The position numbers and the translations under genes were made by a program. A stretch of 64,000 nucleotides of DNA from Monocercomonoides exilis PA203 (taxonomy: Eukaryota > Protista > Preaxostyla). Positions 26,598-39,652 of the stretch are shown in pieces (the first letter of the stretch is position 1; every line of letters begins with the position of its first letter). The notes under the pieces were generated by a model. That model ran no database searches and was not told the origin of the DNA. It saw only the letters and a list, made by a program, of their open reading frames with translations. Location of the stretch: assembly GCA_001643675.2 (NCBI GenBank), contig LSRY02000040.1:434001-498000 (forward strand), in the 5' to 3' direction.

Positions 26598-29500
26598 TCA
26601 AATCTTCCTCTTCCCCTCTTTCTGCTTCACTTCCTTCGTTGGAAGTGCAGATGATGCTCTTCTGCTTGCCTTTCTTTTCCTCGGGCGCAGTGTGTGTGGA
26701 AGGACAATCGAAGGAGGCTGAGGAAGAGCTTTTGTCAGCACATTGTGAGGAAACATGAAGCGTCTCCTGAACAGCGCTGAAGGTGGAAGAGAAGAAGAAG
26801 AAGAAGAAGAGAAAAAATCAGGCTTTTGTGAATGGGGAATTATTTCCTTGTTTTCTGTTTTCTGTTCCTGGTTGCTCTGTTTATTTTGCTTTCTTTGTTG
26901 AAAATGCTGAAAATGCTCACAATTTTGACAATTCGTACAATTCTGACAAAGTGACTGAGGCTGCTGATGATTGAAAGCTGAGCCATTGATTGCAGAAGAG
27001 CGTTCCAATTTCACAGAAGACGTCAGAGGAAGAGAAGAGAACACAGATTTCATTGGGCCTGGCAGTGGAGGCGGAGGGGAAAGAACAGAAACGGAAGGAG
27101 AAGATTGGATGGCTTGTGAACTGCCGAGAAGAGGATTCAGAGTGAATGGGATGTGTTTTGTAGGTTGAGCAGAAGAAACAGAAGAATAAGAAGAAGAATA
27201 AGAAGAAGGATAAGAGGAAGAGAAAGAGGAAGAAAAAGACGACGATGATGATAACTGCATCGACGGTGGAATCAAAGAAGATGACAATGAAGACTTAACA
27301 GAAGCAGAAGTAGAAGCAAAAGAAGAAGGCGAAGAAGGCGAAGAAAGAGAATTCTCATCTTGCAAGCCACAAAATCCTCCAGCATCTTCCACATTTGCCC
27401 TGCTTCTTGCCGAAACAGTCGAAAATCTCAAGTTCTCTTCGCCGTTCTGCTGGCCATCGCACAGAAAAGGAGGAGTGAGAGCGTCGATGGCAGCGAAAGA
27501 AGGAGCGGGGGAGTCGATAAAGCCGTCAAAGGAGATCTCATCAAACACATCGTATTGACCGATGGATGCAGCAGAGGGGGAGAGAGAGGAAGAAGAAGAG
27601 GGAGAGAAAGAGACAGAGGGAGAGAGAAGAGAAGGAGAGAAGGAAGAGGAAGAGGAAGAGGAAGAGGAAGAGGAAGAGGAAGAGGAAGAGGAAGAAGGTG
27701 AAGATGACAATAACAATGATGATGATGAAATTTCAGTCATTTTGTCAGAAACAGCACGATTCGAATGGATTCGTTTCCCATTCAATCCACTTTGAAGTTT
27801 GTTGTCAGATCTGAAATATGGCTTTTTCATTATCCCATTCAAAGACGATAATAGCAATGATGATGATGATGCTAACAAAGATGATGAAAATGATGTTGAT
27901 GGAATAGAAGAAGAAGAAGAAGTGGAAGATGAGGAGGATGAAGAAAACGAAGAAGAAAACGAAGAAAAATCAGAAGAAGACGATGCTGCTCCTGCTGAAG
28001 AAGAAGAAAAAGCAGAAGAAGAAGAAGATGTCTGAGGCACAGCGTCATCATACAGATCATAAGCCTCAGGCGTTTGCGTGGCTGTGTGGATGGGTGTGGC
28101 GTCTGGAGTGGTCAGCGGAATGGTCGAAGTGGAACGAGAAGTCAAATGCGGCTCGGGCAAAGGAATCGACACAACAGCACAATCACACTCGGTTTCTGGG
28201 TCTGAGCAGAAGCTGGCGGGGTATGAGAAGGGCGTAGCTAGCGCCAGTGAAGAAGACCAGGTGGAGGTTGTGTGGATGGAAGGCAGCTGAATGCCAAGCG
28301 TGGAAGAATTGCGTAGAGCGCTGGTTTTCAAAGAAGATGTAGAATTTGATTTTCTTGGAATGGTGCTTGGTGTCTTTGATAAATGTGAAGAAGGAGTATG
28401 TTTTGAAGAAAGAACAGCAGAATTGAACACAGACGATGAAATGTCGAGCACTTTCGCTGCATTTTGGTGTGATGGAGACACACTTCTCACTAACTGATTC
28501 ACTGGATGTTGTGTTTTCAGCTGTTCCTTCAAATGAGATGAACGGGCAGCTGACATTCTCTGAGCAAAAAGAAATGGACTACTTTTTGGAATAGCAGTCA
28601 TTGGCCTGCGAATTTGTTGTGCTTCTGATTTGTCATCTTTTCCAAATGGAAGAGGCTTAGAAACAGGAAGATGAATAATCCTATCGCTCTTATCCTTTGG
28701 TGCATCAGATAGATCAGATGTGAAGGGCTGAAATGCTTGCATTGATCCTCGAGTTTCTGAAAGTTTCTTTTCGCTCATTGTCTTTAGCAGCTCATTTTGG
28801 GATGAATCTCGTCTTTGTTTCATAATTGGCTTGATAGAACTTGGAATGCTCCCAGAACATAGAAATGGAAGAGGAGGTGTTGTAGGTGTAACTTCTTCAG
28901 GGTCAATATCTTCCTCAAATGGAATTAATCGCGAATTATTCAGAAAATCATTTTGATCTTGTTTCAAGTTTTTTCTGGGAAATAAGCGCACAATTGGATC
29001 TTCATACATACTAATTATTGGACAAACAACTTTTTATAAAATAAACAGTGTCAAATATTTTTTTAAAACACAAATTGACCTTAAAAGAACTCTCAGTCAC
29101 AAAATGCTAAACACATCCAATGTAACAAAATGTTCAATAAGAAATTCAGACTACTCGTCAATAAAAATTATTAATGTTTAAAAAAAAATTCAAATAATGA
29201 AATAAACTCCAACAATTATTGTAAATAAATAAATACAAAATAACAAAATCAATTATGGCTCAAAAAATATTAACTTTGTGGTTAAAAAATAAGACTCAAT
29301 TCTACAAGTAGATTTGCGTTATGCATTTGTAAAAGACTACCTAAACGCTCTGGGATGCAACGGAGCAGTCTGCGGCCTCGAACTTCTCGCCGGCTGTTTC
29401 GAGCGAGCAGATAACGGGGAAAGAGTTGATTTCTGCTGATTCTTTGTGTGAGAAGAGGAATAATTTGATGAAATTGTGGCAGCCATTGAGAAAGAAGGCG

Positions 29501-30096
29501 GATGAAGCGAGGCAATCGGAGCAGCGCTGGGCTTCTGGGCAGCAGGAGGAGGGGTGTGCTGTTTGGGAGAAGAAGAAGAAGAAGAAGAAGAAGGGAAATG
29601 ATGTTTTGTGAGGTCGGAGCTGTGGAGGATGCGAAGGGGAGAAGGTTTGGTGTGATTGGAAGAGGAAGAGGAAGGATGTGAAGGAGAGGAAGAAGAAGGA
29701 TGAGAAGAATGAGAAGACGAAGAAGGACGTGGCTGAACGGGATGTGGAAGAGAATGCTGAGTTTGGCTTAGTGATTGTCGAAGGGAAGAAGGAGAAGAAG
29801 GAGAAGGAGAAGAGGAAAGAGAAGAAGAGGAAGAGGAAGAGGAAGAAGAATGAAATGTGGTGTGTGCAGTGGCAGGGCGACGGAGAGGAGAAGAGGGGTT
29901 ATGAAGAGTTGAATGAGAAGAAGGAGAAGAGGAAGAGGAAGAGGAAGATGAAGAGGAAGAAGAAAGAGAAGAAGAAGAAGAAGGTGAATGAGGAGTTATT
30001 GTCTTTGATAGACGAGAAATGGAAGAGAAAGAAGGAGAAGAAGGAGAAGAAGGAGAAGGAGAAGAAGAAGAGGAAGAAGATATTGTTGCTGATAAA

Positions 30097-30143
<47 letters not shown>

Positions 30144-30906
30144 CGAAGAAGGAAGAGGACGAAGAGTTGAAGAAAGCGTGGTTTTCGTTCTGTTTTGAGT
30201 GCTCACGAGAAGTGGAGAACTTCGCTTTGCCTTCGAAATTGCTTTTGGATTTGATTTGACTTTGGCATTTGTCTTTATGTTTGCATTGACTTTAGCTCTT
30301 GTTCTTATTCTGTTGGCATAAGCAGAGGAAGAAGAAGAAGGAGAAGAGGAAGAGGAAGAAACGAAAGGACGAGAAAAGGAAGGATATGGACGAGTTTTGG
30401 AAGAAGTTCGAGAAGAAGAAGAAGAAGCAAAACGAGAAGAAGAATAACGAGAAGAAGAAGGAGAAGGAGAAGGAGAGGAAGAAGAAGAAGAGAAAGAAGA
30501 TGTTTTTTCAATTTGTTTGCAACCTTCCACCACATTTCGCCAGCTGTGTCTGATGCCCGCACGATATTGCTCTTTCACATCGACGCTCTTTCTCACAGAA
30601 GAAGAAGAGGAAGAGGAAGAAGAGGAACGTGGTGAAGAAGAAGAAGAAGAAGAAGACAATGGCGATGAAACCCCAACATTCTTCTTCTTCTCCCCCTCCT
30701 TCCCTTTCTCCCCTTTTTTTCCCTGTATTCCCCTCAAAGTCGCTTCTTTCTGCTGGAATTTCATTGCTTCTTCAATCGAATTGTTGAGAACTGTCTGCTG
30801 CGATTTCTCCCTCTGCTTCATTCCCTGTGAAGAGCAGCCAAGAAGTATGTTGATCTGCTGGGAAAGAGCAGAGACGGCGGTGGAGAAGGGGACGGAGGAG
30901 GAGGAG

Positions 30907-30938
<32 letters not shown>

Positions 30939-33494
30939 AGAGGAGGAGGAAGAGGAGGAGGAAGAGGAGGAGGAAGAGGAGGAGGAAGAGGAGGAGGAAG
31001 AGGAGGAGGAAGAAGAAGCTGATAACATTGGCTTTTCAGGAGGTATTGAGACTTGTGGTGATACAGCTGCAGAAGCAATGGGAGTTTGTGTTCTGGAAGA
31101 AGGTTGAGGAGTTGAAAGAGCAGATGAAGAAGAAGAAGAAGAAGAAGAAGAGGAAAGGGAAGAGGAGGAGGAGGAGGAAAGGGAAGAGGAAGAAGAAGAG
31201 GAGGAGGATGAAGAAGAAGTTGTAGGTGTTTTAGGAGTAACTGCAGTTTGTGAAGAAAGCACATGTGTTTGAGGAGAGCGAGGAGGAGGAGGAGGTGGTG
31301 GTGGTGGTGGATGAGTAGAAGAAGAAGAAGAAGAAGAAGAGCATTTTGCATCATCGCTAACAGCTCCTCTGTTGTTCAACGAATTTTGCGGGGATGCTGT
31401 TAAATTGCTTGTTGGGTGGCTGCTTGTGGGCCTTGGAGGAGGAGGGCGATGAGGAGGAAGAAGAAGAGGAGAAGGAGAACGAGAAGAAGAAGAGGAAGAA
31501 GAGGAGGAATACGAAGGAGAAGGAGAAGAAAGAGAAGAAGAAAGAGAAGAAGAAGAAGAAACGGAACTTTTAGCAATTTCAGGGAGTGAAGTGTTGGTGA
31601 TGGTGACAGAAAGAGGGAAAGGAGAAGGGAAAGGGAAAGAGGAAGAGGAAGAAGAAGAAGAAGAATTAACAGGAGAAGAAGAGGCAGAAACAGACACAGT
31701 AGAGAAAACAGCTGGAAGATGCTTGAGGGAAGCGGAGGAAAGGGGGAAGGAGTGTCTTTGTTGGTTTTGTGGGTTATTTTGATGATTTTGATGATTTTGA
31801 TCATTCGCATGTGGAAGAGGAGAAACAGGAGAAACAGGAGAAAGAGGAGGAGCAGGGGGAGGCGGATGAGGAGGGAGAGGGAGAGGAAGAGAAAGATGGG
31901 GGGCATTCGATGAATTCGATGAATTCAATGAATGCATGCCATTCAACGATTGCGGGGACAAAGATCGAAGCTGAGGAGAAAGAAGAGCTGAAGATGAAGA
32001 AGAAGAAGAAGAAGAAGGAGTCATTAAAGGCGATGTTGAGTGGCTGGCATAGCTGGTGGAGAAGCTTCTGATCACTCCTGCTGATCCGGTTGCACTGTCA
32101 AACAGCGCAGTTCTTTCTCTTCCTCTTCTTTGTCTTCTTCCACTTCTTCCACTTCTTCTTCTTCCCCGTTCTCTTCCTCGTTCTCTTTCTCCTTCGCTGT
32201 AATAGCTTTCAACTTCCTCACCTTCTTCCCCTTCTTCTTCTTCTCCTTCTCCCTCCTCTCCTTCTTCTTCTTCTTCTTCTCCCTCTTCTTCTTCCATCCA
32301 CTCACTCATCGGCCGCATCAGCAGCTGCTTCGCATTCGGAGCAGCACATTCAACAGACAGCCAATCAACACCCAGTGGAAAGAGCATCTTCATCCAAAGG
32401 GCGCTGCGGAGGGGAGGGCGGAGAGGGAAAAGAGACTGAGACAGAGAAGAAATGACAGCCGGAGGAGGAGGGGGAGGTGGAGAAAGAAGAGAAGAAGAAG
32501 AACGTGAATAAGAAGAAGAAGAAGAAGATGATGATGATGAAGACAAATCAAATGATTGAGAAGCAGCAGACCCTGTTCTGTCAGGCGCATATGACACATT
32601 TGAGACAATTGACACGTTCGATGCCTTTGAAGATGGCCTTTCTGAAGGAAAAGCAGAAGCTCCATTCACTCCATTCACTCCAACAGCAGAATCGCCATTC
32701 ATTTGAACATTAGCGACAGCACTGGCATTCGCATTAGCTGGAGTGCTGACTCGGCTGTTTGGGTTGCTTTCTTTTTCTTCTTCCCCTTCCTCTTCTTCTT
32801 CCTTTCCTTCTCTTTCTCCTTCTCCTTCTCCTTCTCCTTCTCCATCTTCATTAGCTCCATCACTGTTGCCTTCACTGCCTGTCAAAATGCTGCCGGAAAG
32901 CGTATTAATTCCGCGTTTCGGCCTTTCGGAGCGGAAAAACCCCATTTTTTGTATTCTCTCTTTTTCTCCGGCGAATGCGCTGTTCATGTTCTGCTTCCAC
33001 TGGTTGAACAGCTCTTCTGTCGCAAACTGGAACAAAAGGGAGATTTCTTTGGTCAAAACCAGCATCAGGTTGTTTTCGTGGCCCAGCACATCTTCATCGT
33101 GTTCAATTTTTTCTTTTTCTTTCTCTTTCTCTTTCTCTTTCTCTTTTCTTGCTTTTTCTCTTTCTCTTTCTTCTTCCTTTTCTTCCTCCTCTTCTTCTTC
33201 TTTCCCTCTCTCATCTCCAAAGAACAGCGCATACATCTTCATCAATGGAATTGCCCCTCTACACAATAAAACACTGCCTGTTTGAGAGGCAATCACAAAA
33301 CAGTCAGAAAACAGCAGAAGATGCCGGGGGGACATTGAAGAACGGCTCATTTTGACAGCATCTGACTCGAAGAGGATGGTGCGGGAGGGGAGGAGGAGGG
33401 GCTGGGAAAAAAGGGGGGATGGGATAAGGAATGAGAGAGAACGAAAGAAAGTGAGTGAGAGAAAGATGAAAAAAATAAAATAAAATAAAAAAAG

Positions 33495-33552
<58 letters not shown>

Positions 33553-35703
33553 AAGAAAAGAAAAGAAAAGGAAGAAAGAGACAGAAAGGTCATGTTGGTG
33601 AAGGGTATTGAGATTGATTGAAGGTGAGTAAAAGTGAAGTGAATGCGAATGGAGTGGATAGACAGAAGAAAGAGGAAGAAGGAGCAAACAGAGAAAGACA
33701 AGCGATTAAGAAGCAATAGAGAAATAGATGAATGAAAGAATAAATAAATAAATAAATAAATGAGAAAAAAAAGAGAAATAAAAAAAGAAGAAGAAGAAGA
33801 TAATCTGCTTACATTTATTTATTTAACTTACATTTTTTTTATCGAACACGATCATGTACCGAAGAACTCACACTGTCTCTTTCTCTCTCTCTCTTTTTTT
33901 TTTTTCCTCTTTCTCTTTCTCTCTCTCATTCTTTCTCTTCTCCACATACCCCTGGAAACGCCCTCAAACACCCATGCAGCTCCGTCATTCTAACGAGCGA
34001 CCTTGACTTCCTGATGCTTGTGTCGATGAAGAACGCAAAGTTGCTCATCATCTGGTGCGCCTTCTGCAAAAAGGGCACATCCGGGTGCACAAAATGGTCG
34101 TCCAGTGAGCTTCTTGGCTCGTCTCCTCGTCCGTACGGGTCGAGAATCCTGTCCCACTGCGTTTCCTTCAGCAGCCCGCTCAGGAACAGCAGATAGCGCG
34201 GCATCCGCTGGCACGGGCGCGTCAGAAGCTCCACCAGCGACGAGCCCGCCAGCGACGCGGAAATGTGCTCCGTCCAGCGCTCTTTCAGCTGCGCCTCGCT
34301 CAGCAGCATGTTCGTCTGGTCAAAGGTGGCTGTCGCTTTGTCGTTGAGCTCGTCGCAACATTGATCATGAAATGTTTTAAAATTGCGAGACTGAGAAAGA
34401 AGTGATCTCAGGACGGACATGGCTCTGTCAAAATTTTGATGATACTGCACGTAAAACTTTATTATAAATCCCTTTTTAATAAACAAAGATTAATTTTCAA
34501 AGTTTTGAGTATTTTTTTGCACACTGTTTGGCAGAAAACATCTCCAATTGTTGAACACGGAGTCCATTCTTCGAGCCGCGGGGTCAATAACTCATAAAAC
34601 TCCTCAGATACAGAGGAGATTTGCTGAAGATTGGAAAAGATAGTTTGTATCGTTGATGAAGTCCACGATTCGTTTTCATGACCAGTGTGCATCGTCATTG
34701 GCTCAAAAAAATACTTGAATGTATATTCATAAAAATTGGCAATAAAAAAATTGAATTTGATAAACTTTTAAAGCACATTTCATTGAAATTATGTAATCTC
34801 GTTCAGTCTCAACGATTTCTTGAACAATTCGATTTCTCGTCATTAATCGTTTCTTCAGTTTTAAAATTCTCCTTCTTTGTATAAAGCCTCTAATATACTT
34901 CTGAAAGATGACAGCTGCTTCATTTCGAGTCAGCTCCGTCATCTCAATTTTAAAATAAAAAATAATAAAAGATCATTAGCAAAATCCATTTATTGTGGGC
35001 CATTCAACTTTCAAAAAAAATGTTTTTCAAAAGAAGGGGAAATGATGACAAATTTTAAACATTTTGTTTGCTCGATTAAACCTTGAATAATCAATCATTT
35101 CTTCAGAAAATTACCAATTTACTCCTCCTCTTCTGATTGCGTCTCTTTCGCTATTTCTTGCAGAACGAGGACATCTCGAGGAGGATTTGCGAGAACTTCT
35201 TGGCTCAGACCTTCCTGATGATGGCTCCGTTTGTGAAGATGAAGATGAAGGAGTTTGTGAGTAAGAAGCCAAAGGAACTTGTTGAGAGGCACAATCAGAA
35301 TTTGAGCTTTCTCCTGATGACTCAAACATGTTTGGAAACATTCCACATTTTCCCATCTGGTCTAATTGCTTTTGCACGCCCTTTGGAGGCTCCTTAAGAA
35401 TTGTTGGTCCACAACCTGGCTTCCAATCTTTACAATTTCGAATTAATTTATTGAATCAAAATTTGAAATTATTTTTGCTTTAAAAGAAGCAACGGCAACC
35501 TGGAGAAGGACAAGAAACGTATCCAAGACCGTCAATGTATTTTTTTGTACACATGTTATTTTCTTCGATCCACTGAGGCTTTCCGCTTCCATCGTCAATT
35601 TGTTTATAAACTTTTCCAGTATCTGGATCTCTTTTTATTTTGAAATAAAAAACAGTATATTCTACAGCAAAGTTAATATGCATTTTGCAAACGTGACTGA
35701 CAT
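26598..35703 (-). CDS. Dbl-family RhoGEF (IQ motif, DH, PH) with very long Ser/Pro-rich tail, ~8 exons
   Basis: IQ motif FQKYIRGFIQRRR; DH motifs RNRIVQEIVETERDYI, IFSNLQQI, IGDVF, LLTRPCQRMPRYLLFLSGLLKET; PH RHLLLFSDCFVIA...FNQWKQNM. Predicted start MSVT at 35703 is tentative. Phase-compatible intron 29011-29340 joins the 803-aa ORF. Confidence 0.85.
33485..33552. repeat. Poly-A and (GA)n tract (polypyrimidine tract of a RhoGEF intron)
   Basis: Directly visible, upstream of the acceptor near 33405 on the minus strand. Confidence 0.9.
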
Positions 35704-36329
35704 TGTGCTGTATCCCCCACTTAAAGGAGAATTCAATGATGAATGATCGCCGCAAGAACAGCATTGCCCAAATAAAATGTGAATACATCCAGTAACAAAT
35801 ATCAAAAATATCATGATAAATAAAAGTGCTGCTGCTTTGAAATTTTCTCACTTCTACAGCATTGGGCTATCCAAATCATATTTTGATCATTCTTTACATA
35901 TTGTTTACAACTTTTAATTTTGAAATATAGTATTAGAGTGTTACGAGTGGTGAAATATGTTTTCTCGTTCATATTAACGTTTTTTTAATTGTAACCAGGA
36001 ACGTAAATTCAAAATTATTAATATTAATACTCACTATTATCATTTATTCAAATTTTGAAAAGTTTTTCAAAGATTTTAAAGCATAACGAAATATCAACTC
36101 CACATTAAAATGGTAAAAAATTAATGATTAATGAAGGAAACAATAGAAATGAGTTCTGTATCATGGAAATTATTAATTTCAAGCTAATTTCTTTCTTTTT
36201 CAATTGTTGAAAAATATTTAACCTGTTGTTCATTTGTAAAAATTAAGTGATTCATGCTCGAAACATGTATTATTTGATATTTGAAACACATATTTGTTTC
36301 ATGATCCCATAAGTTAAATTTGAAACGTT

Positions 36330-37507
36330 ATGAGTGGAGCTGAATCTATGACTCTGCTCGACGCTGTCGAGAGTAAACTTAAAGATACGAAGCGAGTTCC
36401 ATTTGTCAGTCGTGTGGTTTTATGTGGAAAAGTTGTTGATCGACAGATTACACAAGATCATGATATTGCTGGTTTTTCAAAATTTTGCGGTTTTAAAAAA
36501 ATATGTGATTAACATACCATTGATTTTAGATTATTTCGAAAAAATTATACCTGATTTACCTGCAGTTAGACGTGGAGCGACTTTTGGAGGTTTGAGAGGA
36601 AGAAAAGTGTTGCCAACTGGAATTCTTCTTCTAATGCCAAATGCGATTGTTCTTGTTGTTGAAGTGTGTTTTATTATTTGGGTGTAATATTTTTTCAAAA
36701 TATATATATTGCATATTAAAGAGTACATATCTTTCAATCTGCGATTTTCTCAGGACGTTTGCTTTGCATCAAGAGCTTGCTTTTCCAACAGAAGGAGTTC
36801 AATCCGAAAGAGCAATAGCAGCAATAAATGCGGCTCAGGGAGGAACTCCTTTTTTACCACGAGGTTCACAACTGATTACAAGCGTGAGAATTTTGCATTA
36901 CACTGATGATATTCCTGAAAGAGCTTTCACATCATGGACAGCTCATTCAATTAGTAAACACATTTCACCTGATCCAGATATGCTGGGAATTACTGAAAAA
37001 CTAATTACTTGCTGCTTGCAGAAAATATTAGCTCTTGGAAATGTATGTTTTTGCATTAATTCAATTGTTTTTAAGAAATATACAAATTTTTAAACTGAAC
37101 AACATTGTATTCAATTTTTGTGTCCGATTTAAATTGGCATTAAAAATTTTGTAGCATGCGCGCATAGATTCTCTTTCTACACCAGATACGCCACCGGCTT
37201 CTGATGCTCTTATTCGTGTGTGCGAAGAGAATGAACTTCCAAGTAACGAAGTCTATCTTAATCTAACGCAAAATACTGATCTTCCGACACTCGATGAGTG
37301 GGTGGATATTTATGCAGGGGTTATTGATATTCAACTTGAAGATGAGGTGTGCTTTTAATTGTTTTTTTTTTAACAATAAAATCTAATTTCGTTGTGCATT
37401 CAAAAAATGAATTTGAAATTTTTTGTGATTCTTCAAAATTGTTTTCTCTAATTTTATTTCAGTTCACTTGGCCTGCCATGTCAACACTCAACTTACTTCC
37501 TCTTTAA
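36330..37507 (+). CDS. TEX47: TEX47/DYBLUF/MOT7-like BLUF-fold flagellar protein (5 exons)
   Basis: N-terminal LLDAVESKL...FVSRVVLCG, TGILLLMPNAIVLVVES, RILHYTDDIPERAFTSW and C-terminal LDEWVDIY...IQLEDE|FTWP fit the TEX47 family pattern; splice junctions keep frame. Confidence 0.7.
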
Positions 37508-38623
37508 TATCTCTCATTTCATTTGTTCATAATCCGCTCACCTCTTTGTCGTTCATTTTTTTTTTATATTTTGAATATTTATGTTGGATGTTTCATTTCT
37601 GTTTCTTTTTTTTTTTTTTTTTCCTTTAAACCATTTTCTTTTTAAAAAAATATATGAAAGAAGTGTAAAGAAAATAAAGACGTTTTTTAAATAACAAGAT
37701 ATATATATATATTTTTGATACAGTTCTCAAAAAATTGTTGAATCCATCAGTCTTAAATCAAAGGAATTAGACAGAATATGGAATCGGTTGTTTTCGATGA
37801 AGAAATTCAGAAATTCCTTCAAAAAATATTCAATATTCAAAAATATCCATTAGAAATTATCACAATGTTGAAATTCTTTATAATTTCATTCATTTTTCAT
37901 CAGAAATTTATAACATCAAAAAGAAACACTCACATTAATTTCTCACAGATAAATACTTTTTTAAAAAAATTATATGAACATTGTTTCCAACTTCTGAATG
38001 ATAGATATTGTGATTCAATTCATTATTTCAACAAGTTCTAAAAAAACGCATAAAAAAAGGAAATTAAAACCTGCACATATAAGATCTTCTATTATCGTTT
38101 CATTTTCTCGTCATCATCATCTTAAACCAATTTTTTATTTGAAGTTTAAATGATTTATTATTTATTTATCTTTTATTCATTGCATTCGCTCAGCCAAATT
38201 GCAAAGATGGGACAGAATATTTTCATTTTAGAAAAAATTAATGATTTGTTCCAGACTTTTTTTGAAATCATATAATTACAAAACTGACGTTATAGTGCTA
38301 TATTGAATATTGAAATATTATAAAGTTGAAAAAAATCCTTGAAAGAACTGTGTAAAACAAAATTCATAATACAAAAAATTTCGTCCCAGATCTCAATTTC
38401 AGAAAAAAAATGGCTGTTTTCTTTTTTAAAAATTTATAAAAAAAGAAAAAATATCGAAAAGAAAAGAATGGAAAATTATGATAAAACTTGCTCTGCAAAG
38501 ATTTGAAAAATTAAAATTAAAAAAATTTTTTTTCTTCGTTAATGAACATCTTTTTGAAAAAAGGCAATTCAAAGAAAAAAAATAAATTTCTTAATCAAAG
38601 CATACACGCACAATAGCATTTAT

Positions 38624-39652
38624 TTAGATCTTGTTTGTTTTCATCCATTCTGGTATTTCACTTCCGACATTGCTTTTCCAATGATCTGCCATTGTTTTTC
38701 CTTCCCTATCAGAAAGTGTGATATCATGTCTCATCCATTCTGGGGGTTCTGTCTTGATATTAGTAATCCAGCACATTGCCATTGTAGCTCCGTTTTTATC
38801 GGCAAGAGTTATGTCATGTCTCATCCATTCTGGTGGCTCAGATTTCTGATCAATAAGCCAACGAATAATCTTTGCCCTATCTTCTTTATCAGCAAGTTTC
38901 ATTTCGTGCTTCATCCATTCTGGCTGTTCTTTTTCCTTGATTCCAATCCAGTGCATAGCCATCGTCTTTCCATCTAGATCTCCAAGTGTTATATCATGTC
39001 TCATCCATTCTGGAGGTTCTGTTCCTTTACTCCAAATCCACCACATGGCCAAAGTTCTTCCGTCCTTATTTGTGAGTGTACTGTCGTGTCTCATCCATTC
39101 TGGTGGCTCAGTTTTAATGTAATATATCCATGACATGGCAATCGTGTGCCCACCCTCATTAACGAGCATATTATCATGTCTCATCCATTCTGGTGGCTCT
39201 GTTCCAACACAATAAATCCAAAACATGGCCATCGTATGACCATAATTATCTGTAAGTGCACTATCATGCTTCATCCATTCTGGTGGCTCTGTCTTGACAA
39301 ACTGAATCCACGTCATCGCCATTGTATTTCCGCCTTTATTGCCAAGTGTGATATCATGCCTCATCCATTCTGGTGGCTCTGTCTTCACTTCTTGAATCCA
39401 GTGCATAGCCATTGTTTTTCCATCTTCACCTTTAAGCGAATTTTCATGCCTCATCCACTCTGGAGGTTCAGTTCTAGCATATTTAATCCATATCATTGAC
39501 ATTGTATTTTCATTCTTGTTGCTAAGTGAAAATTCGAGCTTCATCCATTTTGGTGGATCACATTTCTTCTTTGTTTGTAAACTGTTCGTGGTTGCCTTTA
39601 TCTCAGAGATCTCTCTATTCACAGTTGGATCAATGCGTAATTCGCTTTTCAT
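38624..39652 (-). CDS. Intronless 342-aa protein of eleven 30-aa tandem repeats (GxTMAMxWIxxxKTEPPEWMRHDxxLxxxx), ankyrin-like
   Basis: tcatcca(t/c)t recurs at an exact 90-nt period from 38641 to 39541; the frame is open throughout. Confidence 0.85.
   Translation of the reverse strand: MKSELRIDPTVNREISEIKATTNSLQTKKKCDPPKWMKLEFSLSNKNENTMSMIWIKYARTEPPEWMRHENSLKGEDGKTMAMHWIQEVKTEPPEWMRHDITLGNKGGNTMAMTWIQFVKTEPPEWMKHDSALTDNYGHTMAMFWIYCVGTEPPEWMRHDNMLVNEGGHTIAMSWIYYIKTEPPEWMRHDSTLTNKDGRTLAMWWIWSKGTEPPEWMRHDITLGDLDGKTMAMHWIGIKEKEQPEWMKHEMKLADKEDRAKIIRWLIDQKSEPPEWMRHDITLADKNGATMAMCWITNIKTEPPEWMRHDITLSDREGKTMADHWKSNVGSEIPEWMKTNKI

Noticed and set aside
26783-33355. Many plus-strand poly-Glu/Lys/Arg ORFs
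   Set aside because: Antisense shadows of poly-Ser (TCT/TCC) codons in the minus-strand RhoGEF.
33406-33716. Hydrophobic N-terminus of the 1459-aa ORF as a membrane segment
   Set aside because: It is the translated polypyrimidine tract of an intron; the exon starts near 33405.
38624-39652. CRISPR-like array from the 90-nt periodicity
   Set aside because: The period is a multiple of three within one open frame, with protein-level conservation and no unique spacers.
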